From a virus (taxonomy: Duplodnaviria; Caudoviricetes): a stretch of 64,000 nt of DNA. Location of the stretch: positions 1 to 64,000 of IMG/VR virus record IMGVR_UViG_3300021326_000217; one strand, written 5' to 3'. Below the pieces are notes generated by a model. That model had not been told where the DNA came from. It ran no database searches and saw only the letters and a program-made list of their open reading frames with translations. How positions within the stretch are numbered: the first letter of the stretch is position 1; each line of letters begins with the position of its first letter. This document shows, in pieces, positions 9,213 through 18,710 of the stretch. A program made the position numbers and the translations under genes.

Positions 9213-10448
9213 ATGGAAAGAGTGATATTGCACAGCGACATGAACTGTTTTTACGCATCGGTGGAAATGATGCTAAACCCCACCCTGCGAGGAAAGGCGG
9301 TCGCTGTTTGCGGAGCAACGGAAGACAGGCACGGTATCGTTCTTGCCAAATCCGAGCTTGCCAAAAAAGCAGGTGTCAAAACGGGTATGGTCAATTGGGA
9401 GGCACAGCGTGTGTGTCCAAACCTTATACTTGTGCCGCCGCATTACGACCAGTATTTAAAGTTTTCCAAACTTGCCCATCAGATTTATTACCGTTACACA
9501 GATATGGTTGAGCCTTTCGGAATGGATGAATGCTGGCTCGACATAAGCGGCTCATCAATTTTCGGTACAGGGCTTGAAGTAGCCGAAGAGATCCGAAAAA
9601 GTATGCGTGAAGAACTCGGTCTTACGGTATCTGTTGGTGTTTCCTTTAATAAAATTTTTGCAAAGCTCGGAAGCGACATGAAAAAGCCCGATGCCATAAC
9701 TGTCATAAACAAGGAGGATTTCAAAGAAAAAGTGTGGCGGCTTCCTGTGTCCGACCTGTTATATGTTGGACGAGCCACCACTCACAAGCTCGAAAGGTAT
9801 GGCATTATGACAATCGGACAGCTTGCTTCGCTTGAGCCGAAAATCCTGAAGGGATGGTTTGGTGTCAACGGACTGAAGCTGTGGCAGTACGCCAACGGAA
9901 CGGATATGTCGCAGGTTATGCAAAAGGACTATGTATCGCCCATAAAATCCATCGGGCATGGGACAACCTGTGTAGCCGACCTTGCAACCGAAGATGAAGT
10001 AAGAAAAGTTATGCTTGCGCTGTCCCAGGATATCGGTCAAAAACTCCGTGTCCATGAGCTTGAAGCTAAAGGCGTTCAGATTACTGTTCGCAATAACGAC
10101 CTTTGCTTCAGGCAGTATCAATGTCAATTAGAAAGCCCAAGTCAGAATGCCAACGAAATAGCAAGGGCAGGTTTTTCGCTCCTACAGAAAAAACACTACT
10201 GGGGAACACCCATACGGGCAGTAACTGTCCGTGCTATAAATCTGTTACCCAAAGCACGAACCGTCCAGTTAGACCTTTTTAATGATGCCTTAAAAAGAGA
10301 TAAACTGGAACGGCTCGACAAAGCGATGGATGAAATAAAACGCAGATTTGGTAAGCACAGTATATTTCCTGCGGCACTTATGGGTGAAACAAAAATGCCG
10401 CAACCGAGAGAGGTAGAAATTATAATGCCAGGATTAATGTATGTATAA
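9213..10448 (+). CDS. dinB: Y-family error-prone DNA polymerase (DinB/UmuC-like)
   Basis: ILHSDMNCFYASVE, EPFGMDECWLD, SFNKIFAKLGSDMKKPD motifs; C-terminal QLDLF clamp-binding motif; ATG at 9213 after GGGAGG. Confidence 0.93.
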   Translation: MERVILHSDMNCFYASVEMMLNPTLRGKAVAVCGATEDRHGIVLAKSELAKKAGVKTGMVNWEAQRVCPNLILVPPHYDQYLKFSKLAHQIYYRYTDMVEPFGMDECWLDISGSSIFGTGLEVAEEIRKSMREELGLTVSVGVSFNKIFAKLGSDMKKPDAITVINKEDFKEKVWRLPVSDLLYVGRATTHKLERYGIMTIGQLASLEPKILKGWFGVNGLKLWQYANGTDMSQVMQKDYVSPIKSIGHGTTCVADLATEDEVRKVMLALSQDIGQKLRVHELEAKGVQITVRNNDLCFRQYQCQLESPSQNANEIARAGFSLLQKKHYWGTPIRAVTVRAINLLPKARTVQLDLFNDALKRDKLERLDKAMDEIKRRFGKHSIFPAALMGETKMPQPREVEIIMPGLMYV

Positions 10449-10480
10449 GCGATAAAGAACTGATTTATGGAGGTAGATAG

Positions 10481-10651
10481 ATGACAGTTTCCATTGTCTG
10501 TCCCACCTGTGGCAGACGCATATGCGATGCGGATTCGCAGGTGGTTGTCAGAACAAAGATAACTCATGAAAAAATGAATAAGAAGTATCCTGCCGATTAT
10601 TACATAAAGTGTTGGAAATGTAAAACCACTATCGGAATTAAAAAGGATTAA
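10481..10651 (+). CDS. 56-aa zinc-ribbon protein (CPTC...CWKC), absent from the ORF track
   Basis: GGAGG RBS; hand translation MTVSIVCPTCGRRICDADSQVVVRTKITHEKMNKKYPADYYIKCWKCKTTIGIKKD. Confidence 0.75.
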   Translation: MTVSIVCPTCGRRICDADSQVVVRTKITHEKMNKKYPADYYIKCWKCKTTIGIKKD

Positions 10652-10715
10652 GAATTTGTACTTCGTACAGAGCACGATGCGAGCCGTGTAAAAATCACGG
10701 TTAAAACGGACATAC

Positions 10716-10765
10716 GAGCCTGACAAGTAGCTATTTTGCTATGCTTGTCAGGCTCTTTTATTTTT
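10716..10765 (+). terminator. Intrinsic terminator-like hairpin upstream of the sigma-like gene
   Basis: GAGCCTGACAAG...CTTGTCAGGCTC stem followed by TTTTATTTTT. Confidence 0.65.
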
Positions 10766-10806
10766 AGCTACTTGTCAGGCTCCGAAATAAGAAAGGAGTC
10801 TACAAG

Positions 10807-11211
10807 ATGAAAATTAAGTATGAATTTGCAACAGAAACAACGGAAATCGAGGTAACTGAAGAATGGGGATCAATATTAATTGAACTCGACAGGCAGGAAT
10901 ACAACATAAATCACAAAGAAAGAAGGCGGCGTTATTCATTGGATGCGTGTGACTTTGAGGGTGATGATTTTGCTTGCGAAGATGAAGCTCTTACAAAAAT
11001 CCAGGGTGGCAGTGATGAATTTAGCATACTTTATGATGCCATTGAGTCCCTAACAGAAGATCAAAAGGATTTAGTTAAAAAAATATTTTTTGAAGGTTAC
11101 AGCGTTAATGATTACGCTGAAATGCTTGGTGTAGGCGCATCTGCTGTCTCTCACCGAATACAAAGAATAAAAGCCCGAATAAAAAAATTTTACATAGACC
11201 GTCAGATTTGA
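10807..11211 (+). CDS. Sigma-70 region-4-type phage sigma-like factor
   Basis: LYDAIESLTEDQKDLVKKIFFEGYSVNDYAEMLGVGASAVSHRIQRIKARIKK region-4 HTH. Confidence 0.8.
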   Translation: MKIKYEFATETTEIEVTEEWGSILIELDRQEYNINHKERRRRYSLDACDFEGDDFACEDEALTKIQGGSDEFSILYDAIESLTEDQKDLVKKIFFEGYSVNDYAEMLGVGASAVSHRIQRIKARIKKFYIDRQI

Positions 11212-11277
11212 CCCCTTCTAGTGGCTGTATTATGAAAGGCACAAAAAATCCGTCTTTCAGAAAGGATGAGAAGAATG

Positions 11278-11466
11278 AAACACATTCTACAAATAAGTGT
11301 TTCAAAAAAGCCCGTCAATCGTGGAATTGTCGCTTGTAGGACAGTTACGGTGAGAGAACGGTTAATGCGTTTTCTATTTGGAAAACCACAGAAATTGACG
11401 GTCATTGTCCCAGGAGACAGTGTTCAGGAACTATCCATTAAAGAGATTGGAGGTGCGGTCACATGA
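11278..11466 (+). CDS. Conserved small phage hypothetical
   Basis: MKHILQISVSK...RERLMRFLFG...VIVPGDSV pattern typical of this phage early region; start ambiguous (11266 or 11278). Confidence 0.6.
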   Translation, partial: KHILQISVSKKPVNRGIVACRTVTVRERLMRFLFGKPQKLTVIVPGDSVQELSIKEIGGAVT

Positions 11467-11795
11467 GCAGAGTGAAACTACTCCTTGATGTTATTTCCGA
11501 CCTGCGCTCTCTTGCCGACAGCGTGGAGGCGGTCGCAAACGCAATGGCTGATCCGCCCATGACCGAGCCGAAAAAGGAAACCGCTCCGAAGCAGAAGACG
11601 AAAGCGGATGCTAAAACCGAAACAGTGGGATTTGAGAAGCTGTTTGAGGTTTTGAAAAAGCTCTCGGAGGACGGTTTCAGAGCAGAGGTGAAGGCACTGC
11701 TTACCAAGTACGGTGTTCCGAAACTCAGCGAACTCCCGAAAGACCAGTATGCGGCGGTGCTTGCCGAAGCGGAGGAAATCAGGGATGGGAAATAA
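11463..11795 (+). CDS. Conserved phage early protein (110 aa)
   Basis: Coupled ORF; C-terminal VKALLTKYGVPKLSEL..DQYAAVLAEAE motif common upstream of DUF2800 genes. Confidence 0.7.
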   Translation: MSRVKLLLDVISDLRSLADSVEAVANAMADPPMTEPKKETAPKQKTKADAKTETVGFEKLFEVLKKLSEDGFRAEVKALLTKYGVPKLSELPKDQYAAVLAEAEEIRDGK

Positions 11796-12918
11796 AAAAC
11801 ACGCTGTCCTTTCCGCTTCCGCATCGCACAGGTGGATGAATTGCACTCCGTCCGCAAGACTTGAGCTTGAATTCGAGGACAGAGAAACCGAAGCCGCCGC
11901 CGAAGGAACTGCCGCACACGCCCTTTGTGAGCATAAGCTGAAACGGGCTTTGAAGCAAAGGTCGAAAAAGCCTGTGTCGCAGTACGACTGTGACGAGATG
12001 GACGAGTACACAGACGGGTATGTTGCTTTCGTTTTGGAGCAATATGCCGAGGCGCAGGAAACCTGTCCACATCCCACCATGCTTATTGAACAGCGGCTCG
12101 ACTTTTCAAAGTATGTAGAGGATGGTTTCGGAACGGGCGATTGCCTCATCATCGCAGACCGCAAGCTCCATGTCATTGACTTTAAGTACGGTCAGGGCGT
12201 TTTGGTGGAAGCTGAAAACAATCCGCAGATGATGCTTTATGCTCTCGGCGCACTTGATATGTACGATTGCCTCTACGATATTGACGAGGTTTCGATGACT
12301 ATTTATCAGCCTCGCCGTGAGAACATCAGCACATGGACGATTGATGCAAAAGCACTCTATGATTGGGCAGAAAACACACTAAAACCGAAAGCCGAGCTTG
12401 CTTTCAAAGGTGAAGGCGATTACTGCAGTGGTGATTGGTGTACCTTCTGCAAGGCAAAGGTGAACTGCCGTGCGAGAGCCGAGGAAAAGCTGAAGCTCGC
12501 ACAGTACGAATTCAAACTGCCGCCGCTACTCACCGATGATGAAATTGAGGAAATCCTGACAAAGCTCGATGACCTGACAAAATGGGCAAATGAGATAACC
12601 GCTTATGCGCAGGATGCCGCACTTAATCACGGAAAGCAGTGGCACGGCTTCAAAGTGGTCGAAGGTCGTTCCAACCGAAAGTATGCTGACGAGGAAGCCG
12701 TTGTCGAAGCGGCGCAAGCGGCAGGATACAAGGACATCTTCAAAACGAGCCTTATCACCATTACTGAAATGGAAAAGCTCATGGGCAAACAGAACTTTGC
12801 CGACATTCTCGGTGCGCTTATTATTAAGCCGCCTGGGAAACCGACACTTGTCCCTATCACAGACAAGCGTCCTGCAATAACAAAAGAAAAACCCGAAAAC
12901 GAATTTGATGAAATTTAG
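11785..12918 (+). CDS. DUF2800-type PD-(D/E)XK (Cas4/RecB-like) nuclease
   Basis: HAVLSASASHRW, EGTAAH, GFGTGDC, IDFKYGQG, QMMLYALG, CTFC motifs; ATG at 11785. Confidence 0.85.
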   Translation: MGNKKHAVLSASASHRWMNCTPSARLELEFEDRETEAAAEGTAAHALCEHKLKRALKQRSKKPVSQYDCDEMDEYTDGYVAFVLEQYAEAQETCPHPTMLIEQRLDFSKYVEDGFGTGDCLIIADRKLHVIDFKYGQGVLVEAENNPQMMLYALGALDMYDCLYDIDEVSMTIYQPRRENISTWTIDAKALYDWAENTLKPKAELAFKGEGDYCSGDWCTFCKAKVNCRARAEEKLKLAQYEFKLPPLLTDDEIEEILTKLDDLTKWANEITAYAQDAALNHGKQWHGFKVVEGRSNRKYADEEAVVEAAQAAGYKDIFKTSLITITEMEKLMGKQNFADILGALIIKPPGKPTLVPITDKRPAITKEKPENEFDEI

Positions 12919-12932
12919 GAGGATATTTAATC

Positions 12933-13478
12933 ATGGCAAATCAGAAAAATACAAAAGTTGTAACAGGTGTTGTAAGACTTTCTTACGCAAATGTATGGGA
13001 GCCGAAAGCCGTAAACGGCGGCGATGAAAAATACTCGGTATCCCTCATCATCCCGAAAACCGACAAAAAGACTATTGCAGACATCGAAAAAGCGATTGAC
13101 CTCGCTATCGAAGAAGGCAAAGGCAAATTCGGTGGTAAAACCCCGAACAAGGCGGCTCTGAAACTTCCGCTCCGTGACGGTGACGTTGAGCGTGACGATG
13201 AAGCGTACAAGGACAGCTACTTTGTGAACGCAAACTCCAAAACCGCTCCGCAGATAGTTGACGGCAAGGTACAGAAAATCCTCGACCGCAACGAAGTGTA
13301 CAGCGGATGTTATGCGAGGGTGTCTATTACATTTTACGCTTTCAATTCCAACGGCAATAAGGGTATTGCCTGTGGGCTTGGCAATATTCAGAAGGTATCG
13401 GACGGTGAGCCTCTCGGCGGCAGAAGCAATGCAGAGGATGACTTCACCTCTTTGGAGGACGAGGACTTTTTGATGTGA
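12933..13478 (+). CDS. DUF2815-type phage ssDNA-binding protein
   Basis: RLSYANVWEP, KYSVSLIIPK, PLRDGD, YSGCYARVS, GLGNIQK; acidic C-terminal tail. Confidence 0.88.
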   Translation: MANQKNTKVVTGVVRLSYANVWEPKAVNGGDEKYSVSLIIPKTDKKTIADIEKAIDLAIEEGKGKFGGKTPNKAALKLPLRDGDVERDDEAYKDSYFVNANSKTAPQIVDGKVQKILDRNEVYSGCYARVSITFYAFNSNGNKGIACGLGNIQKVSDGEPLGGRSNAEDDFTSLEDEDFLM

Positions 13479-13539
13479 TGGATTTAATTGCTGTGGCGGT
13501 GAGCTTTCTGCTTGCCGCCAACGGCAGAAAGGAAAAGCA

Positions 13540-15468
13540 ATGGACAATTTGAGTATTGATATAGAAACTTATTCGTCCGTAAACCTTCAAAAGTGCGGTG
13601 TATATAAATACGCAGAATCCGATGATTTCGAGATACTTCTATTCGGATATTCCATAGACGGCGGCGAGGTGCAGGTCATAGATTTAGCGCAGGGCGAAAA
13701 GCTCCCTGACGATATTGTTGCGGCTCTTACCGATGATTCCGTTACCAAGTGGGCATTCAATGCAATGTTTGAGCGTGTATGTCTGTCAAGGTATTTGAAA
13801 GATTACCTGAAGCCTGATGCGTGGCGATGCACTATGGTATGGTCGGCAACTCTCGGTCTGCCCCTCTCCCTCGAAGGTGTCGGTGCGGTTATCGGACTTG
13901 AAAAGCAGAAAATGAAGGAAGGCAAAGAACTCATCCGCTATTTCTGCACACCGAACAAGGTTAAAGACGGCGGCTTTACACGCCATACCCCCAAAGACAA
14001 CCCTGAACGGTGGGAGCTTTTTAAAGAATATAACAAGCGAGATGTCGAAACCGAGCTTGCTGTTAAACAGCGGCTTTCAAAATTCCCCGTTTCGGATACC
14101 GAATGGCAGAATTACAAACTTGACCAAGAGATAAACGACCGAGGCATCCTCCTTGATATGAAGCTCGTGCGATCAGCCATAAAATGCGATAACGAGTACA
14201 AGGAGGAAAACCTGAAAAACGCCCGTGAGCTTACAGGACTTGAAAACCCGAACTCTCCTGTACAGCTAAAAGCATGGCTTTTGGAACAAGGCATCGTAGC
14301 CGACTCGCTTTCCAAAAAGGCTGTGGAGGAACTGCTCGAAAAAACGGACGGTGATATTTCCGAGGTTTTGAAGCTCCGAAAGCAAATGGCGAAAAGCTCT
14401 GTTAAAAAATATACGGCTATGGAAAACGCCGTGTGCCGTGACAGCCGAGCAAGAGGACTTATACAGTTTTACGGTGCGAACAGAACGGGTCGGTACGCAG
14501 GGCGGCTCGTTCAGGTGCAAAATCTGCCCCAAAACCACCTGCCCGAACTCGAAGATGCCCGAAAGCTAATACGGGACGGCAACTATGAAACTGCCGAACT
14601 GTTATACGGCTATGCTCCGTTTATCCTTTCGGAACTCATACGCACGGCGTTTGTCCCGAAGGACGGATGCAAGTTTTATGTTGCGGACTTTGCCGCTATC
14701 GAAGCGAGGGTCATCGCATGGCTTGCAGGAGAGCATTGGCGGCAGAGTGTATTTGCGGAGGGCAAAGACATCTATTGCGCATCGGCATCGCAGATGTTTG
14801 GTGTCCCCGTTGAGAAAAACGGAGTAAACGGACACCTGCGCCAAAAAGGTAAAATCGCAGAACTCGCACTCGGCTATGGCGGCTCGGTCGGAGCATTAAA
14901 GGCTATGGGTGCGCTTGCTATGGGACTCTCGGAAGAAGAACTGAAACCGCTTGTCGATGCTTGGCGGCAATCGAACTCGAAAATTGTCCGCTTATGGTGG
15001 GACATTGACAGTGCCGTTACATCCTGCGTTAAGACGAAAGAGCGCAAAGAAACACACGGCATCGTATTCGAGTATCAAAGCGGCATCCTTTTCATCACCC
15101 TGCCATCAGGCAGAAGGCTCGCCTATGTGAAGCCGAGAATCGGTGAAAACAGATTCGGAGGTGAAAGTGTAACCTACGAAGGTGTCGGCGGCACTAAAAA
15201 ATGGGAGCGTTTGGAGAGCTACGGCGCAAAGTTTGTAGAGAACATCGTTCAGGGTACGGCGAGGGACATTCTTGCCGAGGCTATGCTCCGCTTGGATAAT
15301 GCAGGTTACAACATCGTGATGCACGTTCACGATGAAGCGGTTATTGAAGCACCCGATGGCACGAGCCTCGAAGATATATGTGACGTTATGGGACAAACCC
15401 CGAAATGGGCTGACGGATTACTGCTCCGTGCGGACGGTTATGTCTGCGACTTTTACAGAAAGGACTGA
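13540..15468 (+). CDS. Phage family-A DNA polymerase with 3'-5' exonuclease
   Basis: SIDIETYS exonuclease motif; motif A DFAAIEARV, motif B RQKGKIAELALGYG, motif C HVHDE. Confidence 0.95.
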   Translation: MDNLSIDIETYSSVNLQKCGVYKYAESDDFEILLFGYSIDGGEVQVIDLAQGEKLPDDIVAALTDDSVTKWAFNAMFERVCLSRYLKDYLKPDAWRCTMVWSATLGLPLSLEGVGAVIGLEKQKMKEGKELIRYFCTPNKVKDGGFTRHTPKDNPERWELFKEYNKRDVETELAVKQRLSKFPVSDTEWQNYKLDQEINDRGILLDMKLVRSAIKCDNEYKEENLKNARELTGLENPNSPVQLKAWLLEQGIVADSLSKKAVEELLEKTDGDISEVLKLRKQMAKSSVKKYTAMENAVCRDSRARGLIQFYGANRTGRYAGRLVQVQNLPQNHLPELEDARKLIRDGNYETAELLYGYAPFILSELIRTAFVPKDGCKFYVADFAAIEARVIAWLAGEHWRQSVFAEGKDIYCASASQMFGVPVEKNGVNGHLRQKGKIAELALGYGGSVGALKAMGALAMGLSEEELKPLVDAWRQSNSKIVRLWWDIDSAVTSCVKTKERKETHGIVFEYQSGILFITLPSGRRLAYVKPRIGENRFGGESVTYEGVGGTKKWERLESYGAKFVENIVQGTARDILAEAMLRLDNAGYNIVMHVHDEAVIEAPDGTSLEDICDVMGQTPKWADGLLLRADGYVCDFYRKD

Positions 15469-15472
15469 TTAA

Positions 15473-16120
15473 ATGTTTAGTGATAATTTAAGAAAAGCAA
15501 GAGAACTGAAAGGTTTGACACAAACCGAACTGGCAGAGGAATTACTGGTTTCAAAAGGCACGGTGGAAATGTGGGAAAAGGGCAAACGCTATCCCTCTTT
15601 GTATATCTTAAAATGCATTTCCGTGCTTTTGGAATGCAGTATAGACTGGCTTCTGCAAGACTCTTTATATGAGCGAGGTGAAAACGATATGAGTGTTAAT
15701 TTGTATAACAGCGAACATTATGTATGCCCAACAGAATATGAAGCCCTTTCTAACATCGAAAGAGATGAAAAAAAGTCAAAATATGTGTACCGACCGATAG
15801 TGTATATCTGCTCGCCGTATGCGGGTGACATAGATGCTAATGTGATGGATGCAAGACGTTATTCCCGATTTGCTGTGAACTGCGGCTGTCTGCCGATCAC
15901 CCCACACCTTTTCTTTCCGCAGTTTATGGACGATGACGACCCGACTGACAGGAAGCTCGCATTTGATTTGAACTATATCCTTCTGAACAAATGCTCGCAA
16001 GTATGGGTGTTTGGAGACGAAATCACAAACGGCATGAATACGGAAATTCAAAACGCCAAACGCAAAAGAATACAAATCAGGTACTTTAACGAAAAATGCG
16101 AGGAGGTTTTTAAGCTATGA
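15473..16120 (+). CDS. XRE-HTH fused in frame to a DUF4406/deoxyribosyltransferase-like domain (internal start at 15689)
   Basis: N-terminal HTH (LRKARELKGLTQTELAEELLVSK.TV..WEKGKRYP); C-terminal YICSPYAGD...P..PHL.FPQF...CSQVWVFG; internal GAGGTG RBS before MSVNLY. Confidence 0.75.
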   Translation: MFSDNLRKARELKGLTQTELAEELLVSKGTVEMWEKGKRYPSLYILKCISVLLECSIDWLLQDSLYERGENDMSVNLYNSEHYVCPTEYEALSNIERDEKKSKYVYRPIVYICSPYAGDIDANVMDARRYSRFAVNCGCLPITPHLFFPQFMDDDDPTDRKLAFDLNYILLNKCSQVWVFGDEITNGMNTEIQNAKRKRIQIRYFNEKCEEVFKL

Positions 16121-18483
16121 AAATAGCCATCGGTAACAGCCGCTTTGATAAGAAGTGGAAAAACAGAGAAATCACATGGGAGGATTTCCTGCAGAAAATA
16201 AGTACGACCATTCACACTACCGAAACGGTCGAGGAATACAGAAAGCTGAAAAAAGGTCAGCAGGACGGCATCAAGGATGTCGGCGGTTTCGTTGGCGGTT
16301 ACCTGAAGGAAGGCAGAAGGAAAAACGGAAATGTCCTCTGCCGTTCCATGCTTACGCTTGACATGGACTATGCGACTCCTGAAATATGGGACGAGTTAAA
16401 AACCACTTTCCCATATAGATGCGCAGTATATACCACGCATAAACACACGCCCGAAAAGCCGAGACTGCGACTTATTATTCCTCTGTCCCGTGATATTTCG
16501 GAAGAGGAATACCCTGCGGTAGCCCGTATGGTGGCAAAGGACATCGGCATTGACCTTTTCGATGACACGACCTACGAGCCGTGCCGACTCATGTATTGGG
16601 CTTCAACATCGTTAAACGGTGTATTTATGAGCGACTCTATTGATGGAGATCTCCTCAATCCTGATGATATACTCGCCCGTTATATTGATTGGCGTGATGC
16701 TTCCACATGGGCGGTTTCCTCAAGGCAGTCAGAGGTAATTCAAAGAAGCGTAGCCACCCAAGCCGACCCGTTGACGAAGCAAGGCATTGTCGGCGCATTC
16801 TGCAGAGCTTACTCTGTGGAGGATGCAATCGACACCTTCCTCTCGGATGTATATGCGCCGAGTGCGATGAACGGTCGTTACGATTATATCCCTGCCGACT
16901 CCTCCGCAGGTGTTGTCATATACGATAACCGCTTCGCTTACAGCCACCATGCAACCGACCCTGTATGCGGTAGGCTCCTGAACGCTTACGACCTCGTGCG
17001 TATGCACAAATTCGGAAGCCTTGACGAGAACGCCGCTCCGCAAACGCCAACAAGTAAGCTTCCGTCATATAAAGCAATGAACGATTTTGCTCTGACCGAT
17101 ACGAAGGTAAAAGCCGTTCTTGCCGAGGAGCGTATGGCACAGGCGGCAGACGAATTCGACAGCGGCGATTGGCAGACACAGCTTGAGCTTGAAAAAAACG
17201 GTCGCATAAAAGACACCCTGACGAACATCTGCACCATACTCCGCTACGACCCGAACTTACAGGGCATCGTGTATAACCAATTCAAAAGTACGCTTGATGT
17301 CATCGGCTCACTTCCGTGGCGGCAGGTAAAGCCAGGATGGAGCGATACCGATATGGCTTGCGCCAAGATGTATTTTGAAAAAACCTACGGGATATGGTCA
17401 CCCACGAAATTCAAAGATGCCCTGCTTGCGGTAACCTCTGCGGAAAGGCTCTATCACCCTGTAAAGGATTACCTGTCCTCGCTCACCTGGGACGGCGTGG
17501 AACGGCTCGACACCTTGCTCATCGACTACCTCGGCGCAGAGGATACGCCGTATGTACGGGCGGTTACGAGAAAAACACTTGTAGCGGCTGTTGCGAGAAC
17601 TTTCAGCCCAGGGACGAAGTTTGACTCTATCCTTGTACTTATTGGCAGACAAGGCATCGGCAAATCCACGCTCTTTGCAAAGCTCGGTCGGCAGTGGTTT
17701 TCCGATTCTCTGTCCATAGCGGACATGAAGGACAAGACCGCATCCGAAAAACTGCAGGGATATTGGATTCTGGAGATCTCGGAGCTTAACGGTATGAAGA
17801 AGGTCGATGTGGAAACCGTCAAATCCTTCATTTCCCGAAAGGACGATAAATTCCGTCAGGCATACGGCATAAATGTTGAGAGCCATCCACGCTCCTGCAT
17901 TATTGTCGGCACGACCAACTCTGACGGCGGCTTCCTGCGTGACATAACGGGTAACCGCAGATTTTTCCCTGTGCGTGTAACAGGCTGTGGCAAATACCAC
18001 GCTTGGGACTTAACCGAGGTCGACCAAGTATGGGCAGAAGCTGTCGAGTATTATAACCGAGGCGAGGAACTGTTCTTAAGGGACGATGTGGCAATCGAAG
18101 CCTACGACCGTCAGCGTGATGCTATGGAAACCGATGACCGAGAAGGCTTGGTGGAGGAATACCTCGAAACCCTGCTCCCTGAAAACTGGTCGGGTATGGA
18201 CTTATATGAAAGGCGAAACTTCCTCGAAGGCTCGGAGTTTGGACAGACGGCTGTTAAAGGAACGGTGCGCCGTGAGCGTGTATGCGTTATGGAAATATGG
18301 TGTGAGTGCTTTGGTAAATCCCGTGAATCCATAAAGAAAAGCGACTCATACGAAATCGAAGGTATGCTGTATAAGCTCGGCGGTTGGGAGCGTTATGCAA
18401 ACAGCGCATCGGGCAAAACACGAGTATCGGGATACGGCATTCAAAAAACCTTCGTCCGTGTTTCCGATAAGAAACAAAAATAG
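16117..18483 (+). CDS. Virulence-associated protein E-type primase/helicase
   Basis: N-terminal primase-like region (TLDMD, YTTHKH..PRLR); Walker A GRQGIGKST; EISEL; GTTN; TGNRRF. Confidence 0.9.
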   Translation: MKIAIGNSRFDKKWKNREITWEDFLQKISTTIHTTETVEEYRKLKKGQQDGIKDVGGFVGGYLKEGRRKNGNVLCRSMLTLDMDYATPEIWDELKTTFPYRCAVYTTHKHTPEKPRLRLIIPLSRDISEEEYPAVARMVAKDIGIDLFDDTTYEPCRLMYWASTSLNGVFMSDSIDGDLLNPDDILARYIDWRDASTWAVSSRQSEVIQRSVATQADPLTKQGIVGAFCRAYSVEDAIDTFLSDVYAPSAMNGRYDYIPADSSAGVVIYDNRFAYSHHATDPVCGRLLNAYDLVRMHKFGSLDENAAPQTPTSKLPSYKAMNDFALTDTKVKAVLAEERMAQAADEFDSGDWQTQLELEKNGRIKDTLTNICTILRYDPNLQGIVYNQFKSTLDVIGSLPWRQVKPGWSDTDMACAKMYFEKTYGIWSPTKFKDALLAVTSAERLYHPVKDYLSSLTWDGVERLDTLLIDYLGAEDTPYVRAVTRKTLVAAVARTFSPGTKFDSILVLIGRQGIGKSTLFAKLGRQWFSDSLSIADMKDKTASEKLQGYWILEISELNGMKKVDVETVKSFISRKDDKFRQAYGINVESHPRSCIIVGTTNSDGGFLRDITGNRRFFPVRVTGCGKYHAWDLTEVDQVWAEAVEYYNRGEELFLRDDVAIEAYDRQRDAMETDDREGLVEEYLETLLPENWSGMDLYERRNFLEGSEFGQTAVKGTVRRERVCVMEIWCECFGKSRESIKKSDSYEIEGMLYKLGGWERYANSASGKTRVSGYGIQKTFVRVSDKKQK

Positions 18484-18710
18484 AAGTGAAATTGTTTCTG
18501 TTTGTAACCCAAAACCCGTGCGGCAACATTGCAGGGCAACAGCCCAAACCCCAAGCGGCGGTAGCCTTGCAGTGTTCCTGTTTACTATGTTTCCTATTCT
18601 CTTTATAGAGTTATGGTATATAAGAGAGAAAAACAACGCAAACACACATATACGCACGTAAGAGAGTTTTAGACCCATCAGAAACAATAACGAGAAACAC
18701 GGAGGAAATC

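Noticed and set aside
10196-10726. Antisense or alternative-frame ORFs in the track (e.g. 10196-10726, 11459-12070, 11478-12176, 4380-4949, 33092-33718, 41408-41926, 21259-21780)
   Set aside because: They overlap well-supported genes on the opposite strand, lack RBSs and motifs, and look like shadow ORFs.
11785-12918. cas4 gene
   Set aside because: Its motifs and position between early genes and the SSB match the common phage DUF2800 nuclease; no CRISPR context.
18484-18710. Replication origin between virE and VRR-NUC
   Set aside because: The position and the purine/pyrimidine-biased tract are suggestive, but no clear iterons were found; insufficient support.
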